The notes under the pieces: generated by a model
What the model saw: the letters and a program-made list of their open reading frames with translations, nothing else
The model's database searches: none
Told to the model about the DNA's origin: nothing
DNA from: Neoconidiobolus thromboides FSU 785
Taxonomy: Eukaryota; Fungi; Entomophthoromycota
NCBI GenBank assembly: GCA_025603075.1
Contig: MU626301.1
Location: 64,315-128,314, forward strand
Direction: 5' to 3'
Length of the DNA stretch: 64,000 bases
Program-made: the position numbers and the translations under genes
Shown: piece after piece, positions 54,163 to 64,000 of the stretch
Layout: each line of letters opens with the position of its first letter
Position numbering within the stretch: the stretch's first letter is position 1

Positions 54163-54840
54163 TCATGGAGAAACATACTTGAATTCTCCTGAACGAGTGA
54201 CAACAGGGAATACTATGCTTGATAAAGACTTTTCTCCTTCTTCTAAACCAGCAGTAATTGTTTCACCAGCTATTACTGGCCCAACACCTTTTGGAGTACC
54301 AGTTAATATCAAATCCCCTTCCTCTAAGCGCATGATTTGAGAAACGTGAGAAATGAGTTGAGGTATTTTAAACATCATGTCTGAAGTATTTCCGTTTTGT
54401 TTAACAATATCGTTTACTTTTAGCCATAATTTTAAATTATGAGGATCTTGAACTTTATCTTTTTCAATAAAAGAACCTACAGGGGTGAAAGTATCAAACC
54501 CTTTTGCGGCTGACCAGGGTAGACCTTTTTTTTTAACATCATTTTGCATATTTCTTGCAGTCATATCAATAGCTAATGTATAACCTGAAACATAATCAAA
54601 TGCCTTTTCGGGCTCGATATCTCTACCTTCTTTTCCAATAACTACACCTAACTCAATCTCATAATGACAATCGCATCCGTTTGGCAATTCAATCGAATTT
54701 GGCGCTTGAACATAAGAGCTGGTAGGCTTAAGGAAGAAAAAAGGTGCTTTTGGTACAGCATTATTTAATTCCTTAGCATGGTCCACAAAGTTACGGCCAA
54801 TAGCAATGACTTTTTTTCCTACTCTACAGAAATCTTTCAT
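54163..54840 (-). CDS. FAHD1: FAH-superfamily hydrolase, FAHD1/FMP41-like (copy B, canonical)
   Basis: IAIGRNFVDHAKEL, FFLKPTSS, HYEIELGVVIG, DMTARN, GLPWSAAKGFDTFTP, TGTPKGVG. Confidence 0.92.
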   Translation of the reverse strand: MKDFCRVGKKVIAIGRNFVDHAKELNNAVPKAPFFFLKPTSSYVQAPNSIELPNGCDCHYEIELGVVIGKEGRDIEPEKAFDYVSGYTLAIDMTARNMQNDVKKKGLPWSAAKGFDTFTPVGSFIEKDKVQDPHNLKLWLKVNDIVKQNGNTSDMMFKIPQLISHVSQIMRLEEGDLILTGTPKGVGPVIAGETITAGLEEGEKSLSSIVFPVVTRSGEFKYVSP

Positions 54841-55235
54841 GGTATTATTAAGCTTAAGTTACTTTATTTTTTAGATTTAATTAAATTTCGATAAGCTTAT
54901 AATTTTATTTGTCATTCATATTAAATGACTATTGTATCATAGGATTTATTTAAAGCTTAAACAATTCTTTAAAGTTTGGGATATTTAAATCAAAAAGTTA
55001 CATTCAATAATAACAACCTATTTTCGTTCATTAATTTGATTAGCAAATCATTTCTTGACTTTTACTTGAATTAACAAATTAAAATTCATAAATTTCTATT
55101 AAGTTATTGGGCTGTTAACTTTATATGTTCAATCTATAATTTGGAGCAAAATAATTGCATAATCTACAGCAAAAATCTAAAATTGGATAATTTTTTGGGT
55201 CAAATAGTATCAATCAAATACGATAAGCATTTATT

Positions 55236-56685
55236 ATGAGTAGCAATAATAAAAATTTTGAGGAGAGTTTAGAGCAAAACAATAAAAGTAAAGATAATAC
55301 TTTATCTACTAATAATATTTCAAACCCTTCAATTTCTAATGTAAATGGACTGGGGGGCTCTATTAAAAGCTTAAATTCTCCTCTTCCAATTTCAGAAAAT
55401 GTAAACCTTCAGCAGGCAGAGGAATCTATAGCGCTTGCTTCACAAAAGTCAAACTCAACTTCAAAGCCTCAAACTGGTACTAATAAGTCGACACAATATA
55501 GTAGGAAATCCATAAAACCCCCTCATCAAAAGGACTCACTAAAAAATTTGCTGTACAATAATTCTAAGAGCACCAGTTTTTCAAGTTATTTATCAGATAC
55601 CGAAAAGAAACAGCCAATATATCCTAACCTTGTTAGAGGGTTCAATTCTCAATATAATAACGCCAATTTTTCGCCTAAAGCTAATATTAATGGTACTTTA
55701 TATTCAAATTTGTTCATTATAGATTTATGATTTAATAGATCCAAATTTGGCACTAAAAAGTTTATCGAGTTTGTCACCTATATCTCCTGTTCCTAATAAA
55801 CTACCGTTAGCACCGAGAGGGTCTATACCACAGAATATTTTACAAAGCCAAGTCAAGTTTAGTTCACCACTTAATCCTGACAAAAAAAACAAAAGAGAGC
55901 TGTTGAAAAGTGGTGAAATTAGTGATGGATCATTAAAACAAATAAGACGGTATTCTCGTAATGGGAAATCAGTAAATTTTCTATTACTATTTAATATGCT
56001 AAAGTTAATCGATTTAAGGTAAGTACACCATTAAGCACAAGCTCAACCCCAATTCCATCTAGTATAGGATTATCTTCAACTTCTACCCTTGGTCCACCTT
56101 ATAAGCAAATAAAGACGAAAGAAGAAATTGAACACAATGCAAAGGTTATTGAAAAGTAAGCTTATGGTCTTTTTTAAGATAATTCTAACTTTTGTAGGAT
56201 AAGCATAGCGCTTGAAAAAGACAAAATAGCAGTTATAAATCCAGAATATAAAAATAGCTTTAAAGATTTTAACGATGTTTTAGAGAGGCTTCTTCCTTAT
56301 CATATTTATCAATACGATGAAAAGTCAATTAAGCCTACATATAACTCAATACTATTAGGTATAATGTTAATTTATTATTTATAGTTATATTAACAAAGTT
56401 AAAAGATAAAAAGGAAGCTAATATTTCACAAAGATATAAAATTGTTTCCGATAAGATAGAAAATTATAAAAGAAAAATAAATGAGGTAGAATCATTATAA
56501 TAAAATATAATAACAACTAAAAATTTATTAAGGAAAATTATGAGACAAAACATTTAAATATTATCATTGACAAATTTTTACTAAATAATGATATACCATT
56601 TCAAGGATTTAATATTAATAATAGAATTACAACAGCGTCGCCGTCCAATGCTTCATCAAATCAAAGAGCAACTCCAGATAACTAA
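55236..56685 (+). CDS. Low-complexity protein with GLTSCR1-like domain (spliced)
   Basis: Exon ~56199-56355 translates VINPEYKNSFKDFNDVLERLLPYHIYQY, matching the GLTSCR1/BICRA conserved motif; Ser/Asn/Pro-rich N-terminus. Confidence 0.65.
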
Positions 56686-56847
56686 TCACATGTATTAATG
56701 AAAACTTTATATAAATAAAAGAAGTCAAGTGGGAATAAATAGATTGTATAATTTTACCAAATTATAATCTAGATTACTTTAATTTAATAAATGTTTATTA
56801 AGTTTATTTTTTTATTTCTTATAAAATGTGTTTTTTTATTTGAGATT

Positions 56848-59800
56848 TTAAGAGTGTATTTCCTCGGTCCCTTTCATTTGGAAGGTAATGGCTATATCAA
56901 TATATTTGTTAATAACTTTGAGGACATCTGGTGCAAGATCGAGAGAAAGTAGAAGATTTTTGATTTTCGTTAATCCGTGTAAACCAATGATATGCTTTAA
57001 ACTCATCATTACTTGATTAGGGATCTATAACTCACATTAACAATTATAATTAACTATGTTAAATCATTCTTACTTGACACGAATTATAAAGCTTTTCAAA
57101 GTACATAGCAAGCCTAATTAATGCACCCATTATAAGCTGAAGTTCATTGTCTTTGGTATGTTGCTCTAAAAGAAAAGCCCATGATCTTGGTGAAAAAAGT
57201 TGATGAACACAGTTTGTGTATGCATCCTGCCCTTCTTCCTAAAATAATTAATAAACATTTAATATCTAAATTTTGACGTTACAATTCTATGAAGTCGGAG
57301 GCAAAGATCACCCAATGACTCCCATTCATGTCCAGAATAACGATAAGTTAAACGTTGAGATCTTGTTCCACTCATTTCGGCTCTCCAGGAAGTAAAAGCT
57401 CTAAGATCTTCATAAAGTACCATAAAGAGATTATCCAACCATCTCTCGCATAACCTCTTATGATTGAATTTGGATGAAGAGTCGCTTCTATTTGAAAGTT
57501 GAGAAGGTGGGGGAGATATATTTTTAACACTTTGGACAGGACTATCTTCAGCAGCAGATTTACTACTGAGAGAGTCATCATTAACTTTAGTAATTGATCC
57601 TTCTAAAATATTAATAATGTTAAATAAAAAATTTAAAACGCGGTAGAAATGCTACCTTTAATTGAATTGTTCGAACTTATTGAAATATCATTATTATTTA
57701 AAACTAAATCTTCGTATGGTTTTTCTAGTTCACTAATTTCGTTATCGCTTTTCTCATCAGCATTTGGTGTTAATGAAACATCATTAAAGCCATCATTATT
57801 TTCATTTAATGATCCTTCTTTTACAGAATTTTCGCTTTCACTTTCATGCTCCTTTTCAGGTTCCTTTTCTTTTTCCTCTTTATTTCCTTCTTCATTTTCA
57901 TTTTCATTTTCATTTTCAGTTGTTTTAATCTCTTCAAAAGCAACGTCTTCTTGAGTTGGTTCAATTTCTTTTACGGCCAAATCGGTGTCAATTTCATTAT
58001 TAATTTCATTATTAATTTCAATATTATCATTAGTATGGCTTTCATTATTATTTAATACCTGCTTTGAGTTATCAGGTACTTCGAGAGTAGTTGAAATTGA
58101 ACTCTCTTTCTCTATACTATTTTCATTTTTTTCTTCATTTGATGGCGGAGATTTCATAGAATGGCTACTTCCATTTCTAACGCTTTGTTTAGTATTGGGT
58201 TGTATCACATCTTCTTTGGTTTTTTGCATACGGTACTCTTCTTCCATGACAAAGGATGAGGAACGATGATGGAGTAATTCATCCCATCCGATTTTGGATG
58301 CAATTAATGTAAGAAGCTTATATGCTTTTGCAAAGGTCCCTTTTAATGCATTCCCAGGTAAGCGAGATAATGCAGTAGAAGACTATTGTATTTAGAAAGA
58401 TTATATATATATTTATGAATTTACCTCTTGTTCTGCTTCAGGATCTTCCTCAAGTCCATAAGCTAATATAGCCTCCGATTTTTGTGGAAAATGGGTTCTT
58501 TGTGGTGTAGGCATTTTTGGAAGCTCTCTTTCATTTATTGCAAACATGGGACAAGAATTTAATGTCAACAATGCCTGATAAAGTTAACATGAATTAAATT
58601 AAATATAAACTAAATACCGTTTTATATTCTTTAAGTTCAACGTATAGCTCAGCAAGTTTAATCCAACTTCTAAACTCAGAAGGTGCAACATTCACAGCTC
58701 TACGAGTTAAAATAGTTGCTAAATCTAACCTACCCTATTTACTTTATGAATAAAGAGGTAGTAGTAAAAAAATGATATATACCTTCTTAATTAAAAATTC
58801 TGCTTGAGTTAAAAGTAAAGCGTATGATGAAGGCTTAAGCTTAAGTCCTTTACATAAAGCTTGAACTGCTAATATCTCTTGATCTGTTATATTTATTAAA
58901 AAATGCCAAATTTCAGATATAAATACAAACCTGTATCAATATAGCATTTAGCAAGCAGTGAGTTTATCTCAGGATCTATTTCTGCAAGCTTTGCAAAAAG
59001 ATTTATTCCAGAATGATATCTACCAGTACTAATTAAATATTTCATTATTCCGTCAGTTAAATAATTATTGACATTTGTTGGAAACTGAAGATCTGCTTCC
59101 CCCCCTATCAAATGTCCTATTTAAAGTTAGAAAAACTTAGAACAGCAAAATATAATTTTTACCCTTCCAAAATAATGATTCAACAGCTTCAAAAAAACGA
59201 ACTTCACTATCTAAATCAGGGATAATATTAAAGTAACGAAGTCCATCAACCTTATAAGTTAAATCATCGGAATAATGCATACTTCTAAGGACTGCTGAAA
59301 TATAAGTCTCGACCCAATACTCATCTTTTATTGGAATCCTTAATATTTTTATTTAGTTACAAATATCTTAGTTTATTAAGGAATATTACTTTTCAGCTTT
59401 GTTATTAACTGCATATGCTTCTACTCCTCCGGGAATTTTGACCTCAACACGAATATCTACACGAGAAAATGCATTATAACAACTATAAATATTTAATTTA
59501 CAATAATAAATATTTATAATATTTACCAATAAATTCCTGAGCGAACTCTCCAAACAGGAGCCTTAGCAAACCAGCCTTGTGGAACTTCCTATTTTTATTT
59601 TAATATAGATGTATAAATCATTATATTTATTACCATAAGGTAGGTTAACGAATTTAAGTATGCTGCCATAGTTGCTGAAGAAGATGCATCAAGCCCAAGC
59701 ACGAAGTGATAGCATCCTAACTATAATTATTTTAATATTTTTAACTTCGGTTAATTATTGATAATACTTCTTTAATATTTGGTTTTGAATTGGTTTTAAT

Positions 59801-59970
59801 CACATGGCATAAATCTGGTGGTCCAAGTTCTCTACATGTACCTTAAATGATTAATTTGGCTGCAACTTTTAATTTCAAAGTTATTTACTAAGTGCTAGGG
59901 TACGTGTTGTTACGCATTCCCCCATATCATTTTCAAAGAATTCTGGGATATCCTTTAAAGTATCGCCCAT
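56848..59970 (-). CDS. BCH1: Exomer cargo adaptor, ChAPs (Bch1/Bud7) family (spliced)
   Basis: MGDTLKDIPEFFENDMGECVTTR, ELGPPDLCHV, YNAFSRVDIRVEVKIPGGVEAYAV, APSEFRSWIKLAELY, TLNSCPMF, YARDGW. Assignment within the family is uncertain. Confidence 0.85.
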
Positions 59971-60245
59971 TTTAATAATAAACAACAAATAGTGATAATT
60001 CTAATTAATAAATTAAATATTGAGTTATCAATTTAAAGCCACATAGCACATTCATTTAATTGGTGCTTTTTTAATCTAGTTTTTAATTTTAAATTAGAGC
60101 ATGGATGTAAATTATTGGATAATGATAATAAAACAGAAGTGTTCTTTTTGATTGAGTTTTATTTCAAACTTAACATTTTATGTAGATAATGTAAGTAAAG
60201 TACATTCTCAAAACAAGCTCTGGGTTTAGTATGGTAAAAAAGCAT

Positions 60246-60343
60246 TATGGTTATACATGATTTCATTACTTTTTCAATTTTTTAAGGACTGTTTGAGCAG
60301 AAAAATTGTTAGTAAAATTTAAATAAAACAATACATCCTTACT
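60246..60343 (-). mobile_element. MITE-like element, copy 12 (degenerate)
   Basis: TTTCATTACTTTTTCAATTTTTTAAG...GAGCAGAAAAATTGTTAGTAAAATT...ATACATCC is the reverse complement of the core. Confidence 0.6.
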
Positions 60344-60590
60344 ATAGTAAAAGCTATTATATTTTAGCACTTCATTTTTTTAACATTAATTATAAAAAAT
60401 GTTAAAAACTTCGCTTTTATATAAGCTTTTAACTATAAAAATATCAGTTTTCATATAATATCTAAAAAGTTTCATTAGAACATTAATATCTGAAACATCT
60501 AAAAAGTTTTTTTTACTAAGCTTAAAGTAATTCCTGTACTAAAAAAGCTATTAAAATCTTCATAAAACATTAAAGCGGTGTTTTTAGTTA

Positions 60591-61208
60591 TCAAGGAGTG
60601 TAAATATAAATTAACATAGGAATACCAGAATTATTTATTTTAAAATTGTTACTTTCTATTTGGTAGCGAAATTCTAAATTTAAATGTTTGAATACTTCAA
60701 CATCTATTTTTGATAAACAAAAGTTTATTATTTTAATTTGTTTGTTCTTTTTCTTTTTCGTTATCTTTTTCTATATTATTATCGAGGTTTTTTAATTCCA
60801 TTTCAATACGCTCTTTGGCTCTATAAATTTTAGATTGTAGATAGAAAGAACCACCTTTCTTTGGATCATTGATTTCAAATAATGTTTCATAGCGCTTTAG
60901 AATATTTAGAAAATGAATGTAAAATTTAACTATTAGCTACCTTAATAATACTTTCTAAGGGTGAATCTTTCTCTACATTAAGAATTTGACACGCTTCGTC
61001 TATTGTTATACCAGTTTTTTTTGTTACTTCATCTGCATCAGACTTTACAGCTGAGCGGTTTTGAGCAGCCTCTTCAAAAATTAATAACTTAGAAAAATAT
61101 AGAAATGAATTATTTACCAGCTGCGGCAACTTTATAGGCATCTACAAAGGCTCGTCCAACTATCTTTGTGCCAGATAGTACCACTTGAATTATTGCTCTT
61201 GCTGACAT
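60591..61208 (-). CDS. PAM16: Mitochondrial import motor subunit Pam16/Tim16 (spliced; 3' end approximate)
   Basis: [25 protein letters not shown]...[13 protein letters not shown]...[30 protein letters not shown]. Confidence 0.9.
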
Positions 61209-61967
61209 TTATAAAATAAACTGAAATAAAATAAGAGAAACGGTTAAATTTATTTATAAATATCGCAAAATTTTCGATAAAATCAACGTTATGATTTGCA
61301 GGATTTTAATTACGCATAACGTCAAAAGGACCAGCTTTGAACACTTGTTATTTCTCTAGAAATTTCTAAACACTATTTTTCATATATAAGACTTTTCATC
61401 TAAAATGTTGCAGTTTTACTGAACTTTGTAGTGATGATAATAGACTGCGATAGTAATTGCTGCTTTTTGCAAAGTTATTACTGGTTTTCAGAAAAGAAAA
61501 TCCCAATTGAAAAAATGATAATTAGATTAAAAATATTAGTTCCTCGTTATAGTATTAGCATCAAACCTTTTGAGTATGGTTATTTTATATCAATATAAAT
61601 CAATTGATATTTTACAGCTTTAAAGTAGGTCAGTGAAATTAACACCCCAGAAATTTTTATCAAATTAAATAGACTAATTTTTGCTAGGCGCAAAATTTCC
61701 TTTTATATCTACTTTTAGACTGGTTGCATTTCAAATTCAGTGCACTAATTACTTAATTGAGTGAGGAATTGGATAAATGGGTTGTCTAAAATCAATAAGA
61801 ATTTAGTTTGAAATTCAATAGTTCTAGCTGCAATCTTAAATGTGGGGATGTCCGAATTAGTTTGAGAATTTATCTAGAAATTAATCCAAACTTTAAGTTT
61901 CTAAATTTATAAGTCTTTAACATATGATTGGCCAAATTTAAAAAGCTTAAACTAAATCTTTCTATCC

Positions 61968-62986
61968 TTGTGAAATATTGCTTTGTCAGCCCCATGGTTA
62001 ATTATATCATAATAATCGCCTAAGCCGTCGTGTTCTCGACTACAGAGACAATTAGTCCCATGCTCTTAGTTTGATTTGCTATGAGAATTTCTAGCTCCAT
62101 CCCAAAGAATATTATCTTCTGATTTTGATATTTATACTTTTCAGAGCATAAAAGAGATTTTAGAGTATAGTAGCTCGAGACTTTTTAACTGAATTATTCC
62201 TTGATATCTCGTAAATTTAATAAATCCACTAAGTTTTCTTAATAGTATTTTACATTCATTTTACATTATTATTGTCTATTATATTTGTCTCGTATAGTCC
62301 ATAGCCTATTACAAGCTTTTCTTCATAAGTTACATCTATTTTAGTCACATAAACTAAGACTTTTCGACTTATAGTGTAGTCAACCAAGCAATAGCTGTTT
62401 TCAACTCCAATCACTGAGTACTATATTTCACAATTATAGAGCTGACAAAGCGATATTTCACATAGTATTATTTTACAGTTAATCTAGCCGGCTTTAGATA
62501 ATTTTATTATTGAAAGTCATTGTGTGAAATCTGGTACTCAGTGTTTGAAGTCAAAAACAGTTATTGCTTGGTTGACTACACTATAAGTCGAAAAGTCTTA
62601 GTTTATGTGACTAAGATAGACTTGAATCTGAAGAATAGCAAGTAATAAGTTACAGACTATGTAAGACATGTAGAATATATAATAATAATGTAAAATGGAT
62701 GTAAAATACTATTGAGTAAACTTAGTGGATTTATTAAATTTACGAGATATCAAGGAATAATTCAGTTAAAAAGTCTCGAGCTACTATACTCTAAAATCTC
62801 TTTTATGCTCTGAAAAGTATAAATATCAAAATCAGAAGATAATATTCTTTGGGATGGAGCTAGAAATTCTCATAGCAAATCAAACTAAGAGCATGGGACT
62901 AATTGTCTCTGTAGTCGAGAACACGACGGCTTAGGCGATTATTATGATATAATTAACCATGGGGCTGACAAAGCAATATTTCACAA
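61968..62986. repeat. ~1-kb subtelomeric inverted repeat (two ~465-bp arms, ~90-bp spacer)
   Basis: 61968-62236 is the exact reverse complement of 62718-62986 (269 bp, checked base by base); the inner arm portions are homologous but diverged. Confidence 0.95.
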
Positions 62987-63301
62987 TTGTATGTTTAATT
63001 TTAAATATAATTAATTGGTAATTTTTTATTTAAATTCAAACATAAAATAATCTTTTTTACTATTAAAAGTTATTTTTATATTTTGGTGTCTATATCTAAC
63101 AATTATAATAAAAAGTAGTCGTTATCATATTTTATGTATATACCCATTTAACTAAAACAATTTTTTTAATATAACAATTTGAAACTTTTTAATTGAATTG
63201 TTTTTAACTATATTATTTAACAAAATTATTAATTTTTATAGTAGTTTATATAAGTTTTATGATAATATCTTTTATTTTGTATAGTTTATAACTTATTATA
63301 C

Positions 63302-63594
63302 AGTGGTGTTTTTTTGGCTTCGTTACTTTTTCGATCTTTTAAGCACTATTTAAGCAGAAAAATTCGTAGTGAAATTCTTAAACACAAAAATATATATCCA
63401 TATGGGGATGTTTTACTTTATTACTTTTTCCATCTTTTAAGCATTATTTGAATGGAAAAGCCATCAGTAAAATTTTAAAAAAATACATCTCCATATGGGG
63501 ATTTATTTTTTTATTTAAGAATTTTACCAACAATCTTTCCACTCAAATAATGCTTAAAAGATGGAAAAAGTAATAAAGTAAAACATCCCCATAT
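63302..63594. mobile_element. Three abutting MITE-like copies (13 minus, 14 minus, 15 plus) joined at shared ATAT
   Basis: Junctions ATCC-ATAT-GGGG (63400-63403) and CTCC-ATAT-GGGG (63493-63496); terminal CCCC-ATAT (63591-63594). Confidence 0.85.
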
Positions 63595-63908
63595 AGTGTT
63601 TTTATTAATTTAGGTTTATTTCAGTTATATAAATTGTTATAAAATCATTCTTTATGAAAAGTATATATTATATTATTTGATAAATCAATAAATTAATATA
63701 ATAAAAAATAAAGAATAAAATCAAATATAAAGTAGATATAATAAAATTTATAGTAAAATTCTTTAATTCAAAATAATGAAAAGAAATAAAAAGACAAAGA
63801 TTAATTTTTATTATTGAAGTTAATTGTTGTAAAAAAAGAGATTAAATTTGTTAAATTTTAACTTGTACTAAGGTTGTTCAATTAAAAAAAAATTAAATAT
63901 TATAGAAG

Positions 63909-64000
63909 TTAGGGTTAGGGTTAGGGTTAGGGTTAGGGTTAGGGTTAGGGTTAGGGTTAGGGTTAGGGTTAGGGTTAGGGTTAGGGTTAGGGTTAGGGTT
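63909..64000 (+). repeat. Telomeric (TTAGGG)n tract
   Basis: About 15 perfect TTAGGG units running to the end of the window. Confidence 0.98.

Noticed and set aside
61839-61926. TGTGGGGATGT...CATATG resembling a sixteenth MITE copy
   Set aside because: The core is too degenerate to align with confidence.
61330-61960. Minus-strand frame with protein-like words (FGHPHI, IDFRQPIYPIPH) suggesting a decayed pol or RIP-mutated gene
   Set aside because: About 24 stops in roughly 210 codons is close to the random expectation for this AT content, and there is no diagnostic motif.

Overview
Terminal 64 kb of a nuclear chromosome from a very AT-rich, intron-rich eukaryote. The gene sequences are fungal, and the short (~45-60 nt) GT-AG introns suggest an early-diverging lineage (inference). 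The window ends in a (TTAGGG)n telomere. About 29 protein-coding loci can be supported. Most are conserved housekeeping genes: SFT2, ARC19, YPT6, HSP78, HIR1, TFB2, MRT4, IMP1, MBA1-like, a complex I 9.5-kDa subunit, PHS1, CNB1, USO1, PMC1, uL10m, DPH5, SMP3, a centrin-like protein, bL33m, a GLTSCR1-domain protein, a ChAPs/BCH gene, PAM16 and two FAHD1 paralogues. Accessory content includes an intronless bacterial-type GNAT, a stand-alone Gag-retropepsin-like ORF, an orphan Gly/Asp/Cys-repeat protein, and about 15 copies of a ~100-bp MITE-like element at ATAT-type sites. There is also a second 360-bp TIR element and a ~1-kb subtelomeric palindrome whose outer 269 bp are perfectly identical. 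USO1 carries a 4.7-kb intron-free exon built from 19 units of 8-10 heptads. Spliced gene boundaries were inferred by eye and are approximate where stated. No rRNA, tRNA or CRISPR was found.
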